A stretch of 64,000 nt of DNA from Candidatus Bathyarchaeia archaeon (lineage in GTDB: Archaea > Thermoproteota > Bathyarchaeia > Bathyarchaeales > Bathycorpusculaceae). The position numbers and the translations under genes are program-made. Positions within the stretch are counted from its first letter, which is position 1. Each line of letters starts with the position of its first letter. This document shows, piece after piece, positions 1 to 10,137 of this stretch. The notes beneath the pieces were generated by a model. It had not been told where the DNA came from. It saw nothing but the letters and a program-made list of their open reading frames with translations, and ran no database searches. The stretch spans positions 1 to 64,000 of the forward strand of contig JBEKWR010000009.1 in NCBI GenBank assembly GCA_049512935.1, given 5' to 3'.

Positions 1-625
1 CATGCGCACCAACACGGGTAAAATACTCGTTCAACTGCATATCCCGCAGACGCTCATACCGCCTAGCTGACTGACCACCCGCCTTAGTCTTACCTGTAAC
101 ACCCGAATGCATCTGACGGACAATCTCAAGCCGTTTACCCTGCAACGTTGCAATCGTGGCGTTGTTAGCGTCCACCAGCAAGATGCCGTACGTTTCCTTC
201 TCCCGCAACATCTCCTGCAAATGCTCAGTGTGGAACCGTGAATCACAACGGTAAAGGAAAATCCTGATCGGCTCAGGAGGCACGATGACGTAGGATTCCA
301 TGCGTTCGGTACCGGGCCCGCCGCCTTCAGGGAGGAGCGCACCTGTAAAAATCACGATGCCTTTTTCGCCTGGGTCTTTGAAAAGCTTGAGTTTCTGCTG
401 GGCTTTAGTGATGGCGTCCAGCACGTTTTTGCGGGTAACGTTTGATTTGATGTTGCTTGCCGTCCCATACTCGTTGCGTAGAAGGTTAAGGGCGTCGCTG
501 ATTTGTTTGCCCGGCGGAACATAAACCGTGATGAGTTCGGTGTGGCTACCCTCTTTGCTCGCTAAGGCATTGATCATCTTTCGCAAACGGAACAGTTCAA
601 GGGACGATTTTTTAGCTGTACTCAA
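1..625 (-). CDS. prf1: Peptide chain release factor aRF1, N-terminal part (runs off window start)
   Basis: Manual translation from TTG at 625: MSTAKKSSLELFRLRK...GTASNIKS (NIKS), YRCDSRF (YxCxxxF), GKTKAGGQSARRY (GGQ). Not in the ORF track because it is truncated by the window edge. Confidence 0.95.
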   Translation of the reverse strand, partial: MSTAKKSSLELFRLRKMINALASKEGSHTELITVYVPPGKQISDALNLLRNEYGTASNIKSNVTRKNVLDAITKAQQKLKLFKDPGEKGIVIFTGALLPEGGGPGTERMESYVIVPPEPIRIFLYRCDSRFHTEHLQEMLREKETYGILLVDANNATIATLQGKRLEIVRQMHSGVTGKTKAGGQSARRYERLRDMQLNEYFTRVGAH

Positions 626-710
626 ACAACTTCACTGAAATTTTATTGTTAATCGGAATAATTAACTTTAAAAGCAGTCAAATAAAAGTTCCGACGCAAA
701 AAACGGAACG

Positions 711-1724
711 TTACGCTTTTGCCTTAGCTGGCGGTGCCTGTGCTGGCTCTGGCATTGGTGCGCCGATGGCTTCTCTGAGATAAGCCTTGAACGGACCTAG
801 CTTGCCACCGTAGTTGCCTGATGAAATCTTCACTACGCCGGGCACGCCGAGAGCCGCTGTGACGCCTTCCTTCATGCCTTTCTTGACTGCATCAAGGGTT
901 AAGCCGTTCATGACAATCTCGTAAACGCAAGTCACGCCTTCTGGAACAACCGTGTCAGGCACCAAGGTTCGCAAAGTTGGACAGTACGGATGGTTTGTCG
1001 AAGCCTTCAGCTTGTACTTGAGCGAGCCAGCTTTGCTTCCTGACCGGCAAACCCCTCCTGGAAACTGCATGATGACGTCAGGGGCGTTCGCGCGGATTGC
1101 GTCTGCCGCTGCTTCAGCCGATTTCAAACCTGATGCTTGATCCTCTGCAAAAATCATGAAGTTGCCGCCTGCAACTGCTTCCATGGCGCCGAACCCGTTT
1201 TCAACTATGAATTCGCCTTCCATGACTGGGATTTTCCAGCATTTGCGTCCGCCGACCATGGCTTTCTTCTGCCACCCGTCACCGAAGTAGCGGAGACTTT
1301 CGCCTACGTTTAGGGTGCGTTTGCCGACTAAGCCGTTAAAGGCTGCAGTTGTTGGACAGGTCAGCGTACATTGACCTATACGCTGCATAAGCTGGTGCTT
1401 GAGTTCAAAACGGTCACGATTGTAAATCTGGATGAGAACGCCTGGACGCTTATCAGGTGTCAGGTCTGCTGGGACGGCTCGTTCGATTGCCGCTTCCGCA
1501 GTCGCCTCAATCACGCTCGTGGCAAACCCGGTGGTTAAACTGGCTGCGATTTGCGCCCACTTTTCGTTCTGAGCGGTAATTAAAACTCTTCCTACCCAAA
1601 GCGGGAACATTTCTGCAAACGTGTCTTGTACTTTCACGACGTTTCCGCAGGGCGACTTCACAAGGAACATTTTTTCTGAATCGTCATAGCTTTGGATTTC
1701 AAGCTTGTTACTGTTTGATGACAT
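711..1724 (-). CDS. ftr: Formylmethanofuran--tetrahydromethanopterin N-formyltransferase
   Basis: DTFAEMF, TGFATSVI, TPDKRPG, RIGQCTLTCPT, YFGDGW, RSGSK, ASTNHPYCPTL and SGNYGGKLG are Ftr motifs. ATG 1724 chosen over the track start 1751. Confidence 0.93.
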   Translation of the reverse strand: MSSNSNKLEIQSYDDSEKMFLVKSPCGNVVKVQDTFAEMFPLWVGRVLITAQNEKWAQIAASLTTGFATSVIEATAEAAIERAVPADLTPDKRPGVLIQIYNRDRFELKHQLMQRIGQCTLTCPTTAAFNGLVGKRTLNVGESLRYFGDGWQKKAMVGGRKCWKIPVMEGEFIVENGFGAMEAVAGGNFMIFAEDQASGLKSAEAAADAIRANAPDVIMQFPGGVCRSGSKAGSLKYKLKASTNHPYCPTLRTLVPDTVVPEGVTCVYEIVMNGLTLDAVKKGMKEGVTAALGVPGVVKISSGNYGGKLGPFKAYLREAIGAPMPEPAQAPPAKAKA

Positions 1725-1760
1725 GAAAGAGACCTTGCATTCAGTTGGCAATTGTATAAT

Positions 1761-3911
1761 TTAAGAGTTTTCATAAACGAGACAGGTTTTGCCGTTTCCA
1801 AGGCAAAATAAAGCCTCACGCATCCCTTCATTGCCGCGGCGCCTTTGCTTTTTAATGTAAGGCGGCAGCAGAAGTGAAACCGCAATGAGCGCAGCTACCG
1901 AAATTAAGACCCCAAGAGTTAGTGTTGGGAAGCGTGGGAGCAGCTGGAAGTGAGGTGTCGGCGAAGGCGTGGCGGATGGAGAAGGCGTAGTGGATGGTGA
2001 CGGCATTGGGGTTGGGCTAGGTGTTGGCAATGGGGACGGCGTAGGCGTTGCAGATGGTGGAGAGGGTGTCGGTATTGGAGTGGGCGTTGGTGTTGGCGTC
2101 GGCGTTGGGCTAGGTGCGGGGGTCGGCGTTGGAGCAGGGGCAAGTGAGCTTGACACCGAGATGCTGCAGGGTGACTGGACATCGGTGAAGGTGTAGCTTC
2201 CCGTGATTGGAACTGGTGAACCGTCAACTAAGACCTCGCTGATGACGTATCCGTTGTCAGCTGAGTAAATGAACGTTTGATTGCCGCCATAGTCAACGTT
2301 GATCAAGCCTGAAGGGGTAATAGTGCTGTAGCCGTCACTTGAGGCGTAGACGGTTGCGTTTGCCGTCGTTCCAAGATAGATTCTTGATGCAGGAAGCGGG
2401 GATAAGAGAGTTTCATTTTGGATACCGTTCCAGTCGCTGGAGAAAGTCAGCTGCCAAACACCAGAACTGTTCAAGTCATACTCGAAAATGTCGGTTCCGA
2501 ACATGGAAAGGAAAGCTCCCGGTTCAGCGACACTTAGCGTGGCTGTTTGGTTTGCCAAGTTTATGTTGCTGATGCCACCGTCAATTATGTTGTTGATATC
2601 CTCGTAGACAGAATCCGCCATGGGCACAGCCAACGACCCGTTCACTGGAACAGTGGACAGCAGCATAATTAACACGGCTGCGTCCGCCGTAGCCTCAACA
2701 CTGTCTGAGTCACCTTGAAGCATCCTGAACATGCCAGTGGAATTATCATACAGTTCGCTTTGTGGAAGCAAATTCCAAGCGGGAGCCGGACCCACTGAAC
2801 CGTCCAATAAGCCTTGCACTTGGCTCTGCATCAGGCTTGTCATGTTGCCGTAAAACCCAAGCAGGGCAGCCCAAGATATTATGGTGTTTTTAAGCCGCTC
2901 TTGTAAGGTACTGCCGCCACCGTTCTCGCCCGTGGCATGCACAGTGGTGTAGTTAAGCCATCCAGGACTGCCCCAACCTTGGCTGAGCCATCTACTTTCC
3001 ATGTCAGTAAACAGGTTAGTCACGTTCAAGATGGATGTGTCATAGTAGTAAAGCTTCGAAGCAATCTGGTCAAACCCGCCAGCCTCGCATTCAAAAGCCG
3101 TCCAATCAAGAGCGTACTTGTAGAAGCTTCCGCCTGAATAGTCAGTTGTATCCCAAAGGTGAGCGTTTGTCCAGTTCCACCAGTACTCCGCTTGGTTCAA
3201 GGCGTCTGGGATGCCCAGCAACCAGAAGGTCAGGTACATGTCGATGGTTTCCCCGCATTCATCATAATATCTTGGGCCGTAGTCTATTCCCCAGCCTGAT
3301 CCGTCCGATCCCACGCAGAGAACTGGCTTACCGTACTCAGCCACGCCGTTGTTAAACACCGCGTAAGCGGCAGACAGGTTCCATTTGGAGGTTTCGTAAC
3401 CCAGTTGGTTTGCCCATTGATATGCGTACAGGTCGTACCTGTTGTAGACGAGAAAAGATGGGATAATAGGGCTGACGTTAATGTTGTTATAATCGTAGGG
3501 TAACCCGCCGATGTTCGGCAACATCGTCACTTCATTTAACGCTGTCTCTATCGTCGTTTCATTGATCGCTACTCCGAGTTTGCTCAGTTCAAAGTACCAG
3601 TAAAAAACGGTTTCAGCAGCAGACGTAGAAGTAATATTAATTGCGTCCACAGCGTTTTGGAGTTCACTGACCGTGGTTTCGCCCAAAGCAATCCCATCAT
3701 AAATCGTTTGCAAACTACTATTCCAGCCCCCGTTATCCTCTACAGTGGTTTCCAAAGCCGCAATTTCAGAAGCAGAACCTGTAGGCTGTGTTGAAAAAAC
3801 AGCGGTTTGACCAGTGGCGAAGCGGGCCACGCTGGAAAAGCAGCTAAAAATCAAAACAGCAGCAAAACACAACGTCACGATTTGGGTTAAGGTTAAAGCT
3901 TTTCCGGGCAT
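1761..3911 (-). CDS. Secreted/surface-anchored protein: signal peptide, uncharacterised enzyme-like domain, beta-repeat (InlB-B/Flg_new-like), Pro/Thr linker, C-terminal TM
   Basis: N-terminal hydrophobic segment; ITPSG..V.YGGNQTF...DNGY.I..V.VDG repeat signature; PT/PS linker; TM followed by a basic tail; paralog at 30552-32396. Confidence 0.8.
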   Translation of the reverse strand: MPGKALTLTQIVTLCFAAVLIFSCFSSVARFATGQTAVFSTQPTGSASEIAALETTVEDNGGWNSSLQTIYDGIALGETTVSELQNAVDAINITSTSAAETVFYWYFELSKLGVAINETTIETALNEVTMLPNIGGLPYDYNNINVSPIIPSFLVYNRYDLYAYQWANQLGYETSKWNLSAAYAVFNNGVAEYGKPVLCVGSDGSGWGIDYGPRYYDECGETIDMYLTFWLLGIPDALNQAEYWWNWTNAHLWDTTDYSGGSFYKYALDWTAFECEAGGFDQIASKLYYYDTSILNVTNLFTDMESRWLSQGWGSPGWLNYTTVHATGENGGGSTLQERLKNTIISWAALLGFYGNMTSLMQSQVQGLLDGSVGPAPAWNLLPQSELYDNSTGMFRMLQGDSDSVEATADAAVLIMLLSTVPVNGSLAVPMADSVYEDINNIIDGGISNINLANQTATLSVAEPGAFLSMFGTDIFEYDLNSSGVWQLTFSSDWNGIQNETLLSPLPASRIYLGTTANATVYASSDGYSTITPSGLINVDYGGNQTFIYSADNGYVISEVLVDGSPVPITGSYTFTDVQSPCSISVSSSLAPAPTPTPAPSPTPTPTPTPTPIPTPSPPSATPTPSPLPTPSPTPMPSPSTTPSPSATPSPTPHFQLLPRFPTLTLGVLISVAALIAVSLLLPPYIKKQRRRGNEGMREALFCLGNGKTCLVYENS
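1955..2140 (-). repeat. Low-complexity Pro/Thr/Ser linker-coding repeat
   Basis: [28 protein letters not shown]... within 1761-3911. Confidence 0.85.
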
Positions 3912-4040
3912 TGGCTTCAGCTAACTTTAGTGTTTTTTCGATGCGCAATTCTGCTTGCTTGCATCATCTGCTTTTTCCTTAACCGCAATGTTCTTTAACT
4001 TTCCGCTTTTTTTCGGCACTGTGCAAAATGCGAGTTTGAT

Positions 4041-4745
4041 CTAAGGTTCTACCTTGATTATTTCGGGGATTTTTCCCGCCATGCCTACCTGACCCTTGTA
4101 GATTATCAACACGCCCTCCACGCCTTGGATCGACATTCCTCTGCTGATTCCCGCCCTTATGCCTGCTCCCGTGTCTTCCCCTTTGACCACGTTGCCGACG
4201 GCGGTGGCGACAGCATCGGCTAAACTAGCGTTTTTACAGAAAATCGTCGCTGCCTCCGCATCGCCGAAACTCAGCGCGTGGCTAAATCGTCCTGAACTCG
4301 TCGCGATGCCTGTGGGAAATTCTGTGAGCCTGAAGCCGAAACGCCTCGACAAGGGCTCGTTTCCAGCCGCGACAGCCACGTCAACAGGCACGTTTGAGAC
4401 CGCAGAGATTTCTCCGCCGTCTTCCACAACAGCCACTTCGCAGCCCGCTCGGGTCATGTCGCCCACGGCTAAGTCAGCTATGACTCCAGCAACGGCTGCC
4501 ATGGGTCCGACACCTGCCTTCTCAGAGGCTTCAGCCATCATTTTAGCCACAAGAGGCTTTTCAGGCGGAGTGTACGGTTTTAGCGTGAAGAGGAATTTGG
4601 GGTTTGCTTTTAGGTAAATTTCGAGTTCTTGTCTGTTGCGTTTGATTGATTCTTCAGCGGCTTGGATGCCTTGGTGCTTGTCAGAAATTATGGTGCACTG
4701 CGTTTCTTTAAGGGTGAAGCTTTCTTTGAAAAGGTTCTTAGTCAA
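4041..4745 (-). CDS. UPF0280 (ApbE-like) family protein
   Basis: GVGPMAAVAG, EDGGEI, GIATSSG...SFGDA, LADAVATAVGN; usual neighbour of DUF39/NIL-ferredoxin genes. Confidence 0.88.
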   Translation of the reverse strand: MTKNLFKESFTLKETQCTIISDKHQGIQAAEESIKRNRQELEIYLKANPKFLFTLKPYTPPEKPLVAKMMAEASEKAGVGPMAAVAGVIADLAVGDMTRAGCEVAVVEDGGEISAVSNVPVDVAVAAGNEPLSRRFGFRLTEFPTGIATSSGRFSHALSFGDAEAATIFCKNASLADAVATAVGNVVKGEDTGAGIRAGISRGMSIQGVEGVLIIYKGQVGMAGKIPEIIKVEP

Positions 4746-4746
4746 A

Positions 4747-5178
4747 CTATTTTTTCCCTTTGTGCGCCGATTGGTCCCCGTTGGTTTGCCTGACTGATTT
4801 TATGGCTCTTGCTGGGCAAGCGTCGACGCAGATGCTGCATGTGCTTCCGACACATTTCTCTTTATTGAACACGACCGACGAATCCTTATCTATGCTTATT
4901 GCTTCTACAGGACAAAGAGCCACGCATGAGCCGCAACTGAAACATTTTTCCGCGTCAACTTCGATGAGTTTGGGCACGGTGACGGCCACGCCTTTTTTGC
5001 GGAAGGCTTTGATTATTTTTTCTTGCGCTTCGTCAGGCACCTCAGCAAGTATTTCGCCGCCTTTCGAATTGATGTGCGCGACCAGAATGGCTATTGGAAC
5101 TTTGTACTCCAGAATTATCTGGCTGGTTATGGGCTGCGGCACTTGTTCCTCGGTGAATCTCAAGAGAAGTCTAGCCAT
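4747..5178 (-). CDS. NIL domain-ferredoxin (homocysteine biosynthesis partner, MA1822-like)
   Basis: N-terminal NIL-like segment (QPITSQIILEY), CFSCGSCVALCP and CVGSTCSICVDACP. Confidence 0.88.
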   Translation of the reverse strand: MARLLLRFTEEQVPQPITSQIILEYKVPIAILVAHINSKGGEILAEVPDEAQEKIIKAFRKKGVAVTVPKLIEVDAEKCFSCGSCVALCPVEAISIDKDSSVVFNKEKCVGSTCSICVDACPARAIKSVRQTNGDQSAHKGKK

Positions 5179-5182
5179 GTTT

Positions 5183-6685
5183 TCATCGCCCCAGCAGTTT
5201 AGACACATCTTCCGACGTGACTATTCCCAGCACTTTTCGTCCGGCGTCAATCACTGGCAAAGCTGAAATGTTGTGCTGAGCCATCCGTTTAGAAGCAACC
5301 TCCAGCGGCTCATCGGGTCTAGCGGTTACTACGTTGTGAGTTTCTATGTCGGCTAACGCCTTTTTGCCTTCAGCCATAGCTCGGGTGACGTCCCAAGAGG
5401 TAACTATGCCTCTCAGTTTACCCTCGGCGTCGATAACTACGATGTGGTTAACCGATTTCGTGACGATACGTTCAGCAATGGCACGTATCTCCTCATCCTC
5501 AGTGCAAGTAACCGCTGGGTGCATGACGTTAACGACGAACGGTATTTCCCGAGTCTGACGCATCGGCTTAAACACGCTGTCAGTCGGCAACCGCTCAACA
5601 GGCGAAGTCAGCAGGAAAGAGCCTTCCTCAATCCATGACTTCAACGTACGGGAAACTTTCTTAGCCATCTTTAAGCTGGATAAGCTGCTAACCCTGACTT
5701 TCTTGTCGTTTATCGTTATTGAGCCTGACTTTAGCTCTTTATAGCTCACTTGTCTAAGTTTCGGTCGGTCCCGGCGTGGCACGCTGTAATCGACCACGTC
5801 TGTCATGATTTCGCTGTCGCGGATCGCCGTTTTCTTAGCTAAGCCCTCGTTAAGAATTGGGATGGGGACGCCTAAGCCGACGTACATTGAAGTGCCGTAA
5901 CGAGTGAAGGAGGCGCCCTGCAAGAACTCAGGCGACATCTTCTTAGCGTCGCCCTTGACCATCAGGGTGCCGTTCAGGTTTTTAGGACTATGCTGTGTTC
6001 CCTCGCCGATAACGTAGCCTTGTCCGCCGCCGAGAAAAATGCGGGTTCCCATGCCTATGGTTTCGTAGTCGGGGTCGTTCATAAGCGGATTCAATTCGCC
6101 GGCGCCGGAAAATGTGGCGTTGCGGAGTCTCGGGAGGAGCTTGCTCATGTAAGTGTAAATGATTTCGTCGCTTGTGTTTACCGCGCAATTGTAGCGTTGG
6201 TAGCAGTTGCGAAAGTTCAAGAGGTAAAACTGGTTCAAATCATCCTTTGTGATGTTTGTCTCAAGCTTGGTTCTCGGGTAACAGTCAGTTCCGTACGCTG
6301 TAGCCCGCAACTCAACTTCTTTTCCCGCTACAAGTTCTTGGATAACGTGTCCGCCGCCGTACTCGAAGGGCTGCTTGGTCGACATGTTGGTTGCGCCTAT
6401 GAACAGGTCAACCGCCGCGCCGGGATGGCAAACTTCCACGTCGTTAATCCATGCATGGTCGATCTTTATCGGAGGGTCAGAGTGCCCAAGGTTAATAACT
6501 GCGCCTGAACTGCACATTGCGCCGAAAGTTCCCGTGGTAACCACGTCAACTTCCTTAAACGCGACTTCGACGCCGCTGCTTTCCACTAGCTTTTTCATTT
6601 CTTCAGCGGTTAAAACCTGCACGTCGCCTTTGCGGATTTTCTCGTTAATCTCTTCTACGGTGCGAGTTTTGCTCGATTTGGACAA
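5183..6685 (-). CDS. L-aspartate semialdehyde sulfurtransferase (DUF39-CBS, MA1821-like homocysteine biosynthesis protein)
   Basis: VDVVTTGTFGAMCSSGA, YGGGHVI, GTDCYPR, RNCYQRY, GEGTQH; C-terminal CBS pair. Confidence 0.92.
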   Translation of the reverse strand: MSKSSKTRTVEEINEKIRKGDVQVLTAEEMKKLVESSGVEVAFKEVDVVTTGTFGAMCSSGAVINLGHSDPPIKIDHAWINDVEVCHPGAAVDLFIGATNMSTKQPFEYGGGHVIQELVAGKEVELRATAYGTDCYPRTKLETNITKDDLNQFYLLNFRNCYQRYNCAVNTSDEIIYTYMSKLLPRLRNATFSGAGELNPLMNDPDYETIGMGTRIFLGGGQGYVIGEGTQHSPKNLNGTLMVKGDAKKMSPEFLQGASFTRYGTSMYVGLGVPIPILNEGLAKKTAIRDSEIMTDVVDYSVPRRDRPKLRQVSYKELKSGSITINDKKVRVSSLSSLKMAKKVSRTLKSWIEEGSFLLTSPVERLPTDSVFKPMRQTREIPFVVNVMHPAVTCTEDEEIRAIAERIVTKSVNHIVVIDAEGKLRGIVTSWDVTRAMAEGKKALADIETHNVVTARPDEPLEVASKRMAQHNISALPVIDAGRKVLGIVTSEDVSKLLGR

Positions 6686-6833
6686 TTAGCCTTACCCTTT
6701 AATGCCAATCGAAAAGGCTTTGCAAGTTAATATTTTTTGCGCAAATATCGACGTTTTTGCGTTATTTTAGCATTGAATTGAAACGTTGAGATTAGTTATT
6801 ACCGACCTGAAAACTCGTTCTAGATTTTGCTGT

Positions 6834-7508
6834 TTAGGCTTCAACGTATTTGTCATCGATATTTTCCTCCCAAAACTTCTTGAAGCTATCCCTATATTTC
6901 GGCAGCCTTGCCCTCCCTCTCCAAGTCGATTTATCAGCAAACCTTTTGATTTCTTTCGACGGCTTGAAGTAAGCGACTGCAGTCTCCACGCTCAAAACAA
7001 AAGGCGGATGCCCATAGTACATGCTGATCCAGTTGGAAATCAAGTTGCCCGTCCTATGGTTACCTTCAATAAACAACTGGGGAAAACCAAGCACAGCAAC
7101 ATACACCTCGGCTGCCACCTTCAACGGATGCGGCTCGCCCTTCATGTGGCTTCTATACCATTTCTCAATCGGACCGATATACTCCATAAACTTGTCAGAA
7201 TTAGCCTGAATTGCCTGATTGTACTCAAGCCTCAGCGTTAAATTGGACCCGTAAAGTACAACGTTGTTAAGTTCCAGAATTTCAGAAATGCCATCTACTG
7301 AGAATGGTTCAACTCCCTTCCTGAGAAGCGCATCGAGATGGTTATAGGCATCCATCATCCTGCCTCTAATGACGGAATCGAAAGTGTCACGTCTCCCAAG
7401 CTTTTCAAGGTCAAGTTTATCATCAATCTTTTTCCAATTCCTCTCCACCTCGAGAAGCGACTTCTGTACGTTGCGAAGATCAAACTTGAGTATTCTTTCC
7501 TGACCCAA
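6834..7508 (-). CDS. Fic/Doc-like protein with divergent motif
   Basis: PQLFIEGNHRTG resembles Fic HPFxxGNGR. Probable start TTG 7508; the upstream part of the track ORF looks non-coding. Confidence 0.7.
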   Translation of the reverse strand: MGQERILKFDLRNVQKSLLEVERNWKKIDDKLDLEKLGRRDTFDSVIRGRMMDAYNHLDALLRKGVEPFSVDGISEILELNNVVLYGSNLTLRLEYNQAIQANSDKFMEYIGPIEKWYRSHMKGEPHPLKVAAEVYVAVLGFPQLFIEGNHRTGNLISNWISMYYGHPPFVLSVETAVAYFKPSKEIKRFADKSTWRGRARLPKYRDSFKKFWEENIDDKYVEA

Positions 7509-7751
7509 CTCTATTCCCACAAAACTAATTTGTGCAAGGCATTTACTATTTAAGCACTTAGCCTTAAAGCTCAAGAACCCAAGAAAACGATGCACGAGAT
7601 ACCACCCACAAAACTCTTCCTTTTTCCTTTTTCGTGACTTCGGAACCACAATCACACATTGAATCCCAGAACTATAAGACAAGTTAAAAAAAAAAGTAAA
7701 TTTTATTTTGTAACGAACGCAGGAAGTTTTCGGCTTTTCTTTGCGTCAGGC

Positions 7752-8816
7752 TCATTTCTTGGGTTGCAGTTCTTTTGCTATGCTGTCAACTGCATTGATT
7801 GCTGTTTCTATATGAACTTTTTCTATCCCGCGATGCGTCACCATTCTTATACTGTTCTTGCCCATGGTTGAGACCAAGATGCCCCTTTCCTTGAGTTTTG
7901 AAACGAACAATCCATCTGAGACTCCTAAACCGCTCATATCGAAGCGAACCATGTTTGTCTGCACTGCATCTAAATCAACTTTGATCCCGTTTATCTTTGC
8001 TATTCCTTCAGCTAAGAGCCTGGCATTTTTGTGGTCTTCTTCAAGTCTGTCAATCATTTTTTCAAGGGCAACAATCCCTGCAGCAGCGATTATGCCGGCT
8101 TGGCGCATTCCACCGCCCAGGATTTTCCGTGTTTTTCTGGCGTTTTCGATGAATTGCTGATCGCCGACGACCACTGAGCCGACTGGGCAGCTTAGACTTT
8201 TAGACAGGCAGAACATCAGGTTGTCTACGTGCTTTGTGAACTCTTTAACGTCGACCTTTAAGGCTACAGCAGCATTGAATACTCTTGCGCCATCCATGTA
8301 GAATTTCAAGTCATGCCTTTTGGCCACTTCGCTTATCGCTCGCATTTGATCAGGAGTGACTATTGTTCCCCCATGTCTGTTGTGAGTATTTTCAATGCAT
8401 ATCAGGGAGGGCACGGGAAAATGGATGTTCTTCGGTCTTATCGCTGCTTCAATGTCTTCTGGATCAATCGCTCCCAAGTGACTCTTTATCAGCCACGGTA
8501 GCACTCCAGCAATTGCAGATAATCCGCCTCCTTCATACCAGTAAATATGAGATTCCGCTTCCAAGAATACAAGTTCGCCACGTCTTGCATTGTTCATCAC
8601 AGACACTAGATTTGCTTGCGTGCCGCTTGTGACTAAAAGAGCCGCTTCTTTTCCCATCTTCTCGGCTGCCATTTCTTCAAGCTTTTTAACCGTTGGGTCT
8701 TCACCGTAAACATCGTCTCCTAATTCTGCATGCCGAATTGCCTCCAGCATCTCCTCTGTGGGCAAAGTCACCGTGTCGCTTCGCAAATCAATCATTTCTT
8801 TTCTCGCCATTTCCAT
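7752..8816 (-). CDS. ltaE: Low-specificity L-threonine aldolase
   Basis: IDLRSDTVT, GDDVYGEDPTV, SGTQAN, ENTHN, MDGAR, CLSKSL (PLP Lys), GGGMRQAG; AGGAGG upstream of ATG 8816. Confidence 0.93.
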   Translation of the reverse strand: MEMARKEMIDLRSDTVTLPTEEMLEAIRHAELGDDVYGEDPTVKKLEEMAAEKMGKEAALLVTSGTQANLVSVMNNARRGELVFLEAESHIYWYEGGGLSAIAGVLPWLIKSHLGAIDPEDIEAAIRPKNIHFPVPSLICIENTHNRHGGTIVTPDQMRAISEVAKRHDLKFYMDGARVFNAAVALKVDVKEFTKHVDNLMFCLSKSLSCPVGSVVVGDQQFIENARKTRKILGGGMRQAGIIAAAGIVALEKMIDRLEEDHKNARLLAEGIAKINGIKVDLDAVQTNMVRFDMSGLGVSDGLFVSKLKERGILVSTMGKNSIRMVTHRGIEKVHIETAINAVDSIAKELQPKK

Positions 8817-8975
8817 CTTACGTCCTCCTAAATTGAACACTCTATCTTGAGAAAGCAATAGATTCCTGCTTTAAAATCTTCTTTCAAACTCTATGTGGCA
8901 AGAAAGCGTTAGATGCATTTCGCGTTTACCTCTAATTGCTCAGGCTAGTAAGCCCGTTTGATAAGTGAACACTTG

Positions 8976-9887
8976 TTATTTCCTCGTGATGAGAAGAACA
9001 CCCATAAAAATTAAGAGCCCCCCGGCCAAGATCAGGGGAGTGAGGGCTTCGCCGACGAAAACCATGGCAAACAAAACTGTCACCAACGGTTCTGCGAAGA
9101 GAAAAGAGCTTGCGACCGCGGCTTTCACTCTGTTCATGACGTAGAACCAAATAAAATACCCGATGAACGAACATGTGACTGCTAGGTACAGAATTGCCCC
9201 CCATGATTGGAGACTCAACGTTAATATTCCGCCGAGAGAGTTTTCGGCTAAAGAGAACGGAATTAAGAAAAGTCCGCCTATTATGGTCACGTATGCTACA
9301 ACGAGGAAGGGACTATACTTCTCGGTCAGTCTTTTTCCTCCAAGGGTGTATGATGCCCAAAAAATAGGTGTGAGTAGAAGGATTAAGCTTCCAACGAGAA
9401 ATGTCGGGTCGCTGCTTTTCAAATCCATTGTGCCGCCTGTAATGACGACTAAGGTGCCAATTCCGGCAACAGCAAGTCCCAACAACTGCATTCTCCTTAG
9501 AGCTTCCTTAAAAATCCGCATAGAAAACAAGGCGATGAGTATGGGTGAAAGGAAGCAAACTAAAATTGCAGCAACGGAGGCGCCTGCCAACTCTATGCCT
9601 ACATACTGGGCGATGAAGAAGAAAGTAACCCCTACGAGAGATAAACCTACGAACACCAGAATGTCTTTACCTTCAAAAAGCACTGCACTAAGTGGCCTCC
9701 TAACCTTCATTACCACAAGAGCGACTACAAATAACGCTCCTGCAATCAGAAACCTGAACGTTGCGATAGCGATCGGAGTTAACCCTTGCAAAAGCAATGC
9801 TTTCACGACAACAAATGAGCTACCCCAAAAAATAATCAGGCATACCATCAAGAAAACGTCAAATGAACTGATTTTTTTGTTTGCCAT
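8976..9887 (-). CDS. EamA/DMT family transporter
   Basis: About 10 TM segments; IFWGSSF, FRFLIA, AEPLV motifs in two EamA repeats. Confidence 0.9.
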   Translation of the reverse strand: MANKKISSFDVFLMVCLIIFWGSSFVVVKALLLQGLTPIAIATFRFLIAGALFVVALVVMKVRRPLSAVLFEGKDILVFVGLSLVGVTFFFIAQYVGIELAGASVAAILVCFLSPILIALFSMRIFKEALRRMQLLGLAVAGIGTLVVITGGTMDLKSSDPTFLVGSLILLLTPIFWASYTLGGKRLTEKYSPFLVVAYVTIIGGLFLIPFSLAENSLGGILTLSLQSWGAILYLAVTCSFIGYFIWFYVMNRVKAAVASSFLFAEPLVTVLFAMVFVGEALTPLILAGGLLIFMGVLLITRK

Positions 9888-10137
9888 TTCTCCACCATTT
9901 TCACATAGGTAACGGTTCTGCCGACGGACCGCGGAAAGGCTTGACACGTAGCATGTGTTGCGTGCGATTTCGATGTTGTCTTTTGGCTTTGGTCACCGTC
10001 AAATCTGATTTACTGATTCGACGAGTGCCAGATGAGAGCTTGAAGACTTCTTTATTTTCCTGATGAATAGCACAGTGCATAATGTCACCTGAATTTAAAC
10101 CATCTAAATGGAGCCATGTGAGAGGCGCCATTCTAAT

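Noticed and set aside
31-524. Track ORFs 31-342 (-) and 300-524 (+)
   Set aside because: Shadow frames of the aRF1 gene.
1919-2227. His/Arg-rich and Gly/Val-rich ORFs
   Set aside because: Alternative frames of the Pro/Thr linker.
4041-6685. DUF39-CBS / NIL-ferredoxin / UPF0280 cluster as a novel system
   Set aside because: Matches the described methanogen-type homocysteine and sulfide-assimilation genes.
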